Assembly: GCA_016839815.1 (NCBI GenBank)
Contig: JAEOTM010000083.1
Location: 1-25,763 of the forward strand
Direction of reading: 5' to 3'
DNA: 25,763 nt
From: Candidatus Hodarchaeota archaeon
GTDB taxonomy: Archaea; Asgardarchaeota; Heimdallarchaeia; Hodarchaeales; Hodarchaeaceae
Every line of letters begins with the position of its first letter. Position 1 is the stretch's first letter. Below, in pieces: positions 17,582-25,763 of the stretch. Under the pieces are notes generated by a model. That model was not told the DNA's origin. It did not search any database and saw nothing but the letters and a program-made list of their open reading frames with translations. A program made the translations under genes and the position numbers.

Positions 17582-17604
17582 CTTGTTTACTAAACGTTAA
17601 ATCT
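17582..17604 (-). promoter_or_regulatory. Degenerate SurR-box-like site upstream of mvhG
   Basis: Minus strand AGAtttAAC-gttta-GTAaacAAG shares the TTAAC-n5-GTAAA core with the two strong arrays. Confidence 0.4.
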
Positions 17605-17674
17605 ATTAAACAGGAGGAACAGCCTAACAGTTCAATGAGACATGTAAAATCTCACGTTTCTTTCAAAAATTGAC

Positions 17675-18178
17675 TTATTCCTCGAAATATCGTACAATCT
17701 TTACTTTTAGAATGTCAACCAACTGAGCTACTCCTTTTTGTACTTCTGGAGTCAATTGCTCACTCACAAATCCTGTTTCCTTGACCTGGATGCCGTAAAT
17801 TTCAATAGGATTAGGTACATTATATCCCCCCATATCGGCATATTTCAATATTTCAAACACACCGACGCCATGTGAAGATATTCCTCCTCTTTTTGAAGGA
17901 GTAAGATCATGTAAGTTTTCTAAATAGTAATATTCACCTGGTTGTAGGCCTTGTTCAGCCATGGAAGCAGCATCTACAATTATAGCTCTTTTAAAACCAT
18001 CTATCTCATCAAGAATATCCAATCCACCAGTATTGAGATAGCTAAAAGTGATATCAAGATTCTTAAGATCTTTATCCTTTTCTAATTGTTCAACTACTCG
18101 TATTCCAGCTCCATCATCCATTCTTATGGAATTACCCACTCCAAGGAGAATTAGCAACTGAGATTTACTCATTTTCAT
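17675..18178 (-). CDS. Hydrogenase maturation endopeptidase (HyaD/HybD/HycI family)
   Basis: LGVGNSIRMDDGAG, IIVDA, SSHGVG; adjacent to mvhG-mvhA. Confidence 0.92.
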   Translation of the reverse strand: MKMSKSQLLILLGVGNSIRMDDGAGIRVVEQLEKDKDLKNLDITFSYLNTGGLDILDEIDGFKRAIIVDAASMAEQGLQPGEYYYLENLHDLTPSKRGGISSHGVGVFEILKYADMGGYNVPNPIEIYGIQVKETGFVSEQLTPEVQKGVAQLVDILKVKIVRYFEE

Positions 18179-18299
18179 CCGTTCTTAGAATACAAGAAAT
18201 ATACATTCAAATGCAATTATTGGTAAAGATAAATTAAAGATTACTCTTTTCTCATAAGCGATTTAGCTGTGAAGAGGTTTTTTTAAGAAAAAAGAGTAT

Positions 18300-18743
18300 T
18301 TAGTTTATTTTCTTCATATCTATTGGACCAAGTTCTCGGATCTGATCTGTGAATTCCGTCATAATATGGGCGAATCGTTTCCCTTCACTTGCGGAAATCC
18401 ATTCTAATCGGAAGCGATTTACTTCCCATCCAAGTATGTGTAACGCTTCTACCATTAGATCTATACGTTCCTTTGCACGAAGATTCCCTTCAAGATAATG
18501 ACAATCACCTGGATGACATCCGGCAACCATTACGCCATCTGCACCTTTTAAGAACGCTTTAAGTATAAATGCTGGATCTACTCGTCCAGAACACATTACT
18601 CTGACAATACGGATGTTGCTGGGATATTTTAAGCGGGAAACCCCTGCTAAGTCTGCTCCTGCGTAGGAACACCAATTGCAGGCAAAAACGATTATAGTTG
18701 GTTCAAACGGTTCAGTTTTGATAATAGCCTCTGTTTGGGTCAT
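18300..18743 (-). CDS. mvhD: Canonical MvhD [2Fe-2S] subunit
   Basis: FACNWCSYAGADLAG, RVMCSGRVDP, GCHPGDCHY, WISASEG; GGTGAT SD-like sequence before ATG 18743. Confidence 0.96.
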   Translation of the reverse strand: MTQTEAIIKTEPFEPTIIVFACNWCSYAGADLAGVSRLKYPSNIRIVRVMCSGRVDPAFILKAFLKGADGVMVAGCHPGDCHYLEGNLRAKERIDLMVEALHILGWEVNRFRLEWISASEGKRFAHIMTEFTDQIRELGPIDMKKIN

Positions 18744-18759
18744 TTTGATCACCTATCTC

Positions 18760-21700
18760 CTAAGGAGCCTCCATTGGTGGTGAATCGCTTTCTATCTGTT
18801 CACTTATCGGTTCTTTTTCCAAGATTGTACTAAATTGAGATTCAATGATTTTGTCAGGGAAGTGTTTGACTGTAATAGCGGACACTGGACAGGTTACAAC
18901 ACAGGTTCCACATCCTTTACATACCGCTTCGTTAACATATGCTTTTACGGTAGTAATTGTAGTCGTTTCCATAGAGATCGTTTTTGTTTGCAATTCTATG
19001 GCTTTAAATGGACAAATCGCTTCACATCTACCACATCCTCTACACACATCTTGATTCACTTCTGCAATAGCACCTTCTGATAGAATGTAACCCTTCGCAA
19101 GTAATGCCATCACTCTAACAGCAGCACCACTTCCTTGGAAGATACTTTCAGTCGTAAACTTCGGAAAATGACCTGTTCCAGCAAGGAAAATTCCATCAGT
19201 AGCAAAATCAATTGGACGTAATTTGACATGAGCTTCTAAGAAGAAATTATCAGCACCCCGTGGTACTTTAAACATCTGACTTAATTCTTCATTTGGTTTT
19301 GGAACAAGTGGTACGCTCAGTAACACGAGATCTGGAGTAATTTGTAGATTAGCTCCCAACATTTCGTCATAAATTTCTACACGACCATCTTGATTTACAA
19401 CAGGTGGATTTTCATCTGTGTAACGAATAAATATTGCACCTAATTCCCGAGCTTCCAGATATAATTCCTCTAAATCTCCATAAGTCCTTATATCTTTGTA
19501 GAGGATAATTACATTTGCATTAGGATCTCTTTTTTTGATCCTAATACTGTTTTTGATAGCTACTGTGCAACAAATTCTGGAGCAATATGTTCTAGGTGAT
19601 TCATCTTCTCTAGAACCGACACATTGGATCATAACAACATTTTTCGGTTGAATCTCGTTGAATTGTTCCTCAAATTCCCGTTGTGTCAAAACATTGGATG
19701 CTTCCCCATAGTTGTAATAGCCTTCAGGTATAAAAGGTTCTGCACCAGTAGCTAAAATAACTGCACCGAATTCGATTTCTTGCTCATTAACCTTTCCCTT
19801 GAAATTTCCAACAGCACCACTAAGCTCTTTGAATTTCGCATTAGTATGTACGGTAATCTTAGGTTCCTTACTAATCTGAGAAGTTAAATTTTCGACAATT
19901 TCTAGTCCAACTAGCTCATTGTGCAGCTCCGGAATTTTTAATAACTCTCCTCCTAATTCAGCTTCTTTTTCAACAAGATGAACTGGATATCCTGCTCTTG
20001 CTAGATCTAATGCACTGGTCATCCCCGCTACTCCTCCACCAATTACTAAAGCTTTTTTAAGGATAGGAATCTTTTCTTTAAAGAGTGGCTCAAGACGACA
20101 GGCACGCGCAATTGCTCCACGTACTAAATCTTTCGCTTTTTCATTTGCTTTGTCTTCTTCATGAGGATGGACCCATGAAACTTGTTCTCTAAGATTAACA
20201 AGATCAAATAAGAATTCGTTAAGGCCTATTTCTTGTAATGTACTCCTAAAAAGAGGTTCATGAGTACGAGGGGTACAGGAAGCGACAATTAATCTGTTAA
20301 GTTTATGTTCTTTGATTGCTTCCTTAATTAGTACTTGAGAATCGGCCGCGCAGGCATACATGGGATCACTAGTAAATGAAACATTTGGAAACGTTGCTGC
20401 ATAATCCGCTACTTCTTTACAATCAATTACGGAACCTATATTATGACCACAGTGACAAACCAAGACTCCTACTCGTGGTTCATCTGTCGGATCAACTTTA
20501 ATTTCACGGGGAAGTACTTTTTCTTCAACTTCAGTTCCTCTCACATCTCTTAATAGTATGGAGGCTTTCGCAGCTGCTCCACTTGCCTCAGCAACAGTAT
20601 CTGGAATATCTTTTGGACTAGAAGCAACACCACAGACATAAACACCTTCACGACTCGTTTTCAACGGATTTAATGGATCAGTTACAACAAAACCTGTATC
20701 AGTGAGCTCTAATTTCAGATTATCTGCTAAAAATTCAGAGTGTGAGGAAGGATCAAGCCCAGTTGAAAGAACAACCATATCCATCTCATCAGTTTCTATT
20801 GGTTGGCCTGATTCGAAAGTTTCATATTTAATGATAAGATTTCGATTTTCTGGATTTTCTCTCACTTCACCTATTCGTGATTTGATGAACTTTATGCCAA
20901 ATTCATTGATAGCTCTTTGATAGAATTCTTCAAACCCTTTCCCAAAAGCACGAATATCCATATAGTATATGTAAGCATCTACATTAGGATCATGTTCTTT
21001 CGCCATGATTGCTTCTTTTATCGCATACATACAGCAAGCAGCGGAACAGTAGTTTCTTTCAAGAACGGGATTTCTTGACCCCACGCATTGGAGGAAAGCA
21101 ATTTTCTTTGGATGTTTTTGATCAGAGGGCCTAATAACTTCTCCTCCAGTCGGTCCAGAGGCATTGAGCAGACGTTCAAATTGAAGGGTTGTTACAACAT
21201 TTGGAAATTCCCCAAAGTGAAGGCTAGTGATTTTCTTCGCGTCGAATGGGTCAAATCCTGTAGTTACAATTACTGCACCAACAGAAATTTCCTTTTCTTC
21301 GTCTTTTTGTTCATAATCAATCGCTCCAGGCCCACATTTCTTTTTGCATATCCCACATTTACCTTTCTTAAGAAATGCACAATTTTTTGCTTGAATATAC
21401 GCAACTTTTGGGACAGCCTGTGGAAAAGGAATAGAAACTGTTTTCCTACCCGGTTTATCTCTACCTTTTTTATCTTTCCTCATTAAATCAGCATTAAAAT
21501 CATCATCAACCCAGTAAGGGCAGTTTTCTTCACATTCCCCACACCCTGTACATTTTTCTTCATTAACGTAACGAGCTTTTTTAAGATATTTCAATGTAAA
21601 GTTACCTGCTGTTCCTGTCAACTCTTTTGGATCACAATAGGTAAGAAGGCGAATATTTGGATGTCTTTGTACATCTACGAGCTTAGGTCCTAAAATACAC

Positions 21701-21882
21701 ATAGCACAATCCAATGTCGGAAATGTTTTGTCTAATTGAACCATTCGCCCACCGATTGACGGATTGCTTTCAATTAAATAAACTAAAAACCCTTGTTCTG
21801 CCATATCGAGTGAGGTTTGAATTCCTGCTATTCCTCCGCCAATAACTGCAACTGATCCGAGTTTTGTTTCCATCATCATCAT
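18760..21882 (-). CDS. hdrA: Long two-flavin-module HdrA (1040 aa)
   Basis: Two FAD motifs (GGGIAG, GGGVAG), two CVGSR..CSxxCC clusters, DKTFPTLDCAMC, internal VCHCG..SCTP domain, inserted and C-terminal ferredoxins. Confidence 0.93.
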   Translation of the reverse strand: MMMMETKLGSVAVIGGGIAGIQTSLDMAEQGFLVYLIESNPSIGGRMVQLDKTFPTLDCAMCILGPKLVDVQRHPNIRLLTYCDPKELTGTAGNFTLKYLKKARYVNEEKCTGCGECEENCPYWVDDDFNADLMRKDKKGRDKPGRKTVSIPFPQAVPKVAYIQAKNCAFLKKGKCGICKKKCGPGAIDYEQKDEEKEISVGAVIVTTGFDPFDAKKITSLHFGEFPNVVTTLQFERLLNASGPTGGEVIRPSDQKHPKKIAFLQCVGSRNPVLERNYCSAACCMYAIKEAIMAKEHDPNVDAYIYYMDIRAFGKGFEEFYQRAINEFGIKFIKSRIGEVRENPENRNLIIKYETFESGQPIETDEMDMVVLSTGLDPSSHSEFLADNLKLELTDTGFVVTDPLNPLKTSREGVYVCGVASSPKDIPDTVAEASGAAAKASILLRDVRGTEVEEKVLPREIKVDPTDEPRVGVLVCHCGHNIGSVIDCKEVADYAATFPNVSFTSDPMYACAADSQVLIKEAIKEHKLNRLIVASCTPRTHEPLFRSTLQEIGLNEFLFDLVNLREQVSWVHPHEEDKANEKAKDLVRGAIARACRLEPLFKEKIPILKKALVIGGGVAGMTSALDLARAGYPVHLVEKEAELGGELLKIPELHNELVGLEIVENLTSQISKEPKITVHTNAKFKELSGAVGNFKGKVNEQEIEFGAVILATGAEPFIPEGYYNYGEASNVLTQREFEEQFNEIQPKNVVMIQCVGSREDESPRTYCSRICCTVAIKNSIRIKKRDPNANVIILYKDIRTYGDLEELYLEARELGAIFIRYTDENPPVVNQDGRVEIYDEMLGANLQITPDLVLLSVPLVPKPNEELSQMFKVPRGADNFFLEAHVKLRPIDFATDGIFLAGTGHFPKFTTESIFQGSGAAVRVMALLAKGYILSEGAIAEVNQDVCRGCGRCEAICPFKAIELQTKTISMETTTITTVKAYVNEAVCKGCGTCVVTCPVSAITVKHFPDKIIESQFSTILEKEPISEQIESDSPPMEAP

Positions 21883-21888
21883 AACCTC

Positions 21889-23022
21889 TCATTTTTGGGA
21901 AGATTCATCCACAATCATTCCTATTTCCTTAACTTGTAGCTTATAATTATGCTGAGGTTGTTTATCTTCTAACACACAATTCAGATGTGCAAAACATTTA
22001 GTACAGGAAACAGCCAATGTCCCTTCATTTCCAACTGTGTTTACAGCATCTTCGAGTTTTCGTAACATTACCGCACGAGATTTATCATCACATTTAAGCC
22101 AGGCAGAAACTCCACAACACTTAGAAAACTGTTTATTCAGGGGGAGTTCCTTTAGTTCCATCCCAGTAGCTTTGATAACCGACCGAGGACTATCGTACTC
22201 CTTCATATACCGACCTAATCTACAAGCATCGTGGTAGGTTACTTCGCTTTTTTCCCCGTTAAAGCTCAATTTTTCCTTATTATCATTAATATATTGAGCA
22301 ATATGTTGTATTTCGATTTTTTCTAGATCATACAATTTCTCGAAAGTATAATAACATTCAGCACAGGAAACGATTAATTTTTTAATTCCAGATTTCTTGA
22401 TGATTTCAGTATTATAATCTCTCACCTGTTCATATACTTCTTCATCACCTGTCCAATATGCATCATGGCCACAGCATTTTAAGGAAAGAAGATTAGGTTT
22501 GAGTCCCGTTTTGTTCATTACATTAATTGCACTCTGTCCAATTTGATGGAAATTTGTTTCTTTTAAATCTAAAAACTTATCAAATAAGTCAATACATCCT
22601 GGGAAGTATGCAACCTCAGAATTTGAATCTAGATCACCTTCATAGTCAAATTTCATTCCTGAAGAGGTCATTTCAACCATAAAGAGTTGAAGGAGATTGA
22701 AAATATTATGATGAGCATAATTTTCTTCATTAATACCGAGATTTGCCCTTGATTTTCTGATAAATTCCGGAAAATCAATTTCATGCGGACAAACTTCCAA
22801 GCACAATCCACATGTCAAACAAGAAGTTAGATCATCTTCTTCAATTGATCCATTTAGCTGAAATTTGTGAATAATCTTTCTAGGGTTAAATTTTGAAACC
22901 CTTCGCAACGGACATATACTTGTACAAGATGAACACTGATAACAGGAGTTTAATAGAGTAGTTAAATCGGATTCATCAAAGCTGAGAGTTGAATGATTCG
23001 TAATTTTGTCAGACATCACCAT
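21889..23022 (-). CDS. hdrD: HdrD-like FeS oxidoreductase (2x[4Fe-4S] plus two CCG domains)
   Basis: CYQCSSCTSICP, CLTCGLCLEVCP; YFPGC / CCGH / CAEC and YHDAC / CCGV / CTKC. Confidence 0.85.
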   Translation of the reverse strand: MVMSDKITNHSTLSFDESDLTTLLNSCYQCSSCTSICPLRRVSKFNPRKIIHKFQLNGSIEEDDLTSCLTCGLCLEVCPHEIDFPEFIRKSRANLGINEENYAHHNIFNLLQLFMVEMTSSGMKFDYEGDLDSNSEVAYFPGCIDLFDKFLDLKETNFHQIGQSAINVMNKTGLKPNLLSLKCCGHDAYWTGDEEVYEQVRDYNTEIIKKSGIKKLIVSCAECYYTFEKLYDLEKIEIQHIAQYINDNKEKLSFNGEKSEVTYHDACRLGRYMKEYDSPRSVIKATGMELKELPLNKQFSKCCGVSAWLKCDDKSRAVMLRKLEDAVNTVGNEGTLAVSCTKCFAHLNCVLEDKQPQHNYKLQVKEIGMIVDESSQK

Positions 23023-23034
23023 GTTTTCATCTCC

Positions 23035-23916
23035 TCATGTTTTAACTGGTTTCAAAAGCTTTTTGGGTGAAATATAATTAGAACCCAAACCAAGAGATTT
23101 ATAACTAAGACCCATCCCTATTCCAAGTACTTGGCTAAAGTACAATACAGGAATAGTAAAATTTCCACCACCCACTCTTTTGATCGCTTGTTTTTGTTGC
23201 CCATCCAGTGCTAACGCACACATCTGACATGCAACCACAATAAAATCCGCTCCCGCTTCCTTTGCATTCACAATTATGTTTCCAGTTAGTGTTTCCACGG
23301 TTGATTTTGCTACTAATAATTGAGTAGCCCCACAACATTTGGTTTTCATAGGAAAATACTGGGGTTCAGCTCCGACAGCTTCAATTAAATCTTCCATAAA
23401 AGTAGGGTTATCTGGATCTTCAAACTGTAAAATATCCCCAGGTCTCGTGCAAAAACAACCATAATAAGCCACTCCTTTCTTTCCTTCAAGGGGATTTCCA
23501 GGAACCATTCTGTTTTTAATTTTCTCAATTCCTATTTTATCTCTCAGAAGCTGTAGCATATGCATCGATTTAACACTATCAGGTGTATATGGAGTATTCA
23601 GAAGGGAGTTAATCTTTTCAGCACGATCTTTATCTTCTACCATCTTATGATTTGTTGAGATTAATTTATACGAACATGCAGGACAAACAGCAACTAATTC
23701 TTTGAATTTTTGTTTTTCAGCAATTGCTAGATTTCGTGCAACAATCCCATCAGCAGCTAGAGGTTTCACTGCTTGAACTTCTAATGCTCCACAACAGTTC
23801 CAATCTTTTAGTTCCTCTAACTCAATATCTAGTGTTTCTGCAACTTTGTAAATCGACTTATTGTATTCTTTTGCTACTTTGTGCAATGAACAACCAGGAT
23901 AATAGCCAACTTTCAT
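23035..23916 (-). CDS. hdrB: Heterodisulfide reductase subunit B (second paralog)
   Basis: YYPGC / WNCCGA / CPAC and YYGC / KCCGA / CQMC. Confidence 0.94.
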   Translation of the reverse strand: MKVGYYPGCSLHKVAKEYNKSIYKVAETLDIELEELKDWNCCGALEVQAVKPLAADGIVARNLAIAEKQKFKELVAVCPACSYKLISTNHKMVEDKDRAEKINSLLNTPYTPDSVKSMHMLQLLRDKIGIEKIKNRMVPGNPLEGKKGVAYYGCFCTRPGDILQFEDPDNPTFMEDLIEAVGAEPQYFPMKTKCCGATQLLVAKSTVETLTGNIIVNAKEAGADFIVVACQMCALALDGQQKQAIKRVGGGNFTIPVLYFSQVLGIGMGLSYKSLGLGSNYISPKKLLKPVKT

Positions 23917-23919
23917 TCT

Positions 23920-24546
23920 TTACTCACCTGTCTCAGCTTTGGCTTTTTTATAGATCCCTCTTACCTCTTTTCTAGCAGTTGAATTCCAAGGAGGGAGAAA
24001 TTCTATTTTAAATTTGATAAACATCCCCCACATCATTGAAATATATTTAAAACCAATAAGTGCACCAAAAGGAAATCCACGGCCATACATTAGGTATCTA
24101 CCGATCATTTCCGGTTCCCAAGAACGGCCCCACAGCCAAACACTTTCTGAAAAACGTTTGTCAAATGAGTGTTTTAACTTTCCTTGTTTGGAAAGCTTTA
24201 TTCTTTTTGAACGATCTTTGTTCTTTGTTTCTCGAACAGCAATTCGACGTAATGCTTCTACAACTTCTGTAAATCGTACATTTTGAGGACATCTATCAGT
24301 ACATTCAAAACACCCTACACATTGCCATATCGCGTCAGATTCTAATACTTCTTTCCTTAAACCCAGTAAAACTTGCCTTATTACATTACGTGGATTTAAA
24401 TCCAATCCACTATCGGCCACAGGACATGTTAATGTACACGAAGAACATTGGAAACACTTCTTTAAATGTTGACCTCCTTCTTCGGCAGCAACTACATTCT
24501 TGAAGTCTAAATCAGCAGTATTTAAATTAAAGGTCTGTATGCTCAT
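23920..24546 (-). CDS. hdrC: Heterodisulfide reductase subunit C (second paralog)
   Basis: CFQCSSCTLTCP, NPRNVIR, WQCVGCFECTDRCP; ATG 24546 preferred over GTG 24555. Confidence 0.93.
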   Translation of the reverse strand: MSIQTFNLNTADLDFKNVVAAEEGGQHLKKCFQCSSCTLTCPVADSGLDLNPRNVIRQVLLGLRKEVLESDAIWQCVGCFECTDRCPQNVRFTEVVEALRRIAVRETKNKDRSKRIKLSKQGKLKHSFDKRFSESVWLWGRSWEPEMIGRYLMYGRGFPFGALIGFKYISMMWGMFIKFKIEFLPPWNSTARKEVRGIYKKAKAETGE

Positions 24547-24569
24547 GTAAACCACGCTGTATGCTCATG
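24535..24569. repeat. 13-bp direct repeat duplicating the hdrC2 start region
   Basis: CTGTATGCTCATG at 24535-24547 and 24557-24569. Confidence 0.85.
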
Positions 24570-24611
24570 GTATTGACAGGAAAATATTGCATGTCGGTTG
24601 AAGAAACTTCT

Positions 24612-24690
24612 CTTATATACTATTTTATTAACGATTGTTGATTGTTTTTAGCCTACTTATAGCCACTTTACAGCAAAAAGGGTTTTAAAT
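24612..24690. promoter_or_regulatory. Divergent TATA-like promoters for the hdrC2 operon and gcvH
   Basis: Minus strand TATATAAG (24619-24612); plus strand AAAAAGGG-TTTTAAAT (24675-24690). Confidence 0.45.
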
Positions 24691-24744
24691 AGACAATCTC
24701 TAATGAGGTCAAACATTCAATTTGGTTAATTGGAGTAATTTAAG

Positions 24745-25134
24745 ATGTCCTATGAAATAGATAAAAGTGTAAAGTACTTTAAAGAACACCAGTGGGTTAG
24801 AGTTAAGGAGGAGGATGGTTCCGTTCTAATTGGAATCTCGGATTTTGCTCAAAAATCTCTAAAGGATATTGTTATGGTTGAACCTCCAGAAGTTGGAGAT
24901 ACTCTCACCTTTGGAGAGGTTTTTGCCTCAATTGAAAGTGTAAAAGCAGTTAGTGATGTGTATAGCCCCATCTCTGGCGAAGTAATCGAAATTAACGAAG
25001 ACGTTGAAGATGAACCAGAGAAAATAAATGAAGATCCCTATGGTTCATGGATTGTCCGAGTCAAACCTTCTGATCTTCAAACTGATTTGGGTAAGCTCAT
25101 GAGCCCAGAAGAATATGAAAATTTCTGTAAGTAA
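24745..25134 (+). CDS. gcvH: Glycine cleavage H-protein-family lipoyl carrier
   Basis: HQWV, GISDFAQ..L.DIV, lipoylation motif IESVKAVSDVYSPISGEV, INEDPYG.W. Confidence 0.95.
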   Translation: MSYEIDKSVKYFKEHQWVRVKEEDGSVLIGISDFAQKSLKDIVMVEPPEVGDTLTFGEVFASIESVKAVSDVYSPISGEVIEINEDVEDEPEKINEDPYGSWIVRVKPSDLQTDLGKLMSPEEYENFCK

Positions 25135-25164
25135 AATTTCCCTTTTTTTCTTCTTTTTTATTTT
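25135..25164 (+). terminator. T-rich terminator after gcvH
   Basis: Pyrimidine tract with T7 and T6 runs directly after the stop. Confidence 0.55.
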
Positions 25165-25197
25165 GTTAATATATTCAAAACTCGATTTAAACGAATT

Positions 25198-25761
25198 TTA
25201 CTCACTTATTAATTCATCTGTTACTACTAATGCAAGAATCAGAATGATAATTGCATGAAGGATGAGTACAAGTGAATTAGTCAGAAAATATTCAAAATCA
25301 TTATAAAGAACAAGACTCATGGAAGCCTGAGTTGCTATTAATAAAGAGGGCAGTATTAAAGGGAAGAAAAGAACAGGAATAGCTAAGGTTTTAGATTTTG
25401 AGTACATTGTTAGGAATGCAACAATACATCCAGCAACAGCTAGATCAATTGTTCCAATTGTAATAATAATAATTAGTAGAAGAAAATCCCCTTGGATATC
25501 AACTCGAAGGAAAACTACAGACAAAACTAATGTTAACGCTTCAATTATAAACAACAATACTATCAAGTAAATTAATTTTGATAAAAAAATTACCTGTGGT
25601 TTTACTGCTAACGAAAAAATGGAATAGATTGTATTCTTCTTCAATTCACGCGAAAAGATAGAAGTAATTCCTAACATAATTCCTAACATTACTGAGAAAG
25701 TAATTATGAATAATACCGAAGCAATTGAGATAGAATAACGGGCATCTAAAGGAATATCAAT
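25198..25761 (-). CDS. ccmB: Heme exporter permease CcmB-like, partial (5' end beyond right edge)
   Basis: Very hydrophobic; FSRE..KNT...F.L...P..IFLSK and IPVLFFPLILPSL resemble CcmB; frame stays open upstream of 25689 to the window edge. Confidence 0.7.
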   Translation of the reverse strand: MDIPLDARYSISIASVLFIITFSVMLGIMLGITSIFSRELKKNTIYSIFSLAVKPQVIFLSKLIYLIVLLFIIEALTLVLSVVFLRVDIQGDFLLLIIIITIGTIDLAVAGCIVAFLTMYSKSKTLAIPVLFFPLILPSLLIATQASMSLVLYNDFEYFLTNSLVLILHAIIILILALVVTDELISE

Positions 25762-25763
25762 GA

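Noticed and set aside
21871-21882. (ATG)4 at the hdrA start as a phase-variable repeat
   Set aside because: Triplet repeat keeps the frame; only start-site ambiguity.
3203-24286. Numerous 60-130 aa antisense or alternate-frame ORFs in the track
   Set aside because: They overlap well-supported genes and show no recognisable motifs.
24644-24690. GTTtttAGC and GTTttaAAT as SurR boxes for hdrC2/gcvH
   Set aside because: Isolated one-mismatch units without the 14-bp array; one is just the TATA-like element.

Overview
AT-rich, archaeal-looking window: BRE/TATA-like promoters, pyrimidine-tract terminators, a group 3c hydrogenase and a SurR-like regulator. An Asgard-type host is plausible but cannot be shown from the window. 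About 22 kb is a redox/sulfur island with three different heterodisulfide-reductase-type systems. (1) Plus strand: dsrE - tusA - atypical mvhD - two hdrA/qmoAB-like genes - small wHTH - qmoC-like membrane subunit, with no aprAB, hdrB or hdrC in the block. A second tusA/yedF and a YedE/YeeE-type sulfur transporter follow. (2) Minus strand: mvhG - mvhA - hdrA::mvhD - hdrC - hdrB. (3) Minus strand: hdrC - hdrB - hdrD-like - two-flavin hdrA - mvhD, then a hydrogenase maturation protease. Where the plus and minus blocks converge lies a regulator resembling the Thermococcales sulfur-response regulator SurR. Both sulfur-trafficking operons carry a triple 14-bp-periodic GTT-n3-AAC (SurR-box-like) array at their putative core promoters, and a weaker match lies upstream of the hydrogenase. 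Flanks: a >638-aa membrane protein missed by the ORF track (left edge), a stand-alone gcvH, and a partial ccmB (right edge). No rRNA, tRNA, CRISPR array or transposase was recognised.
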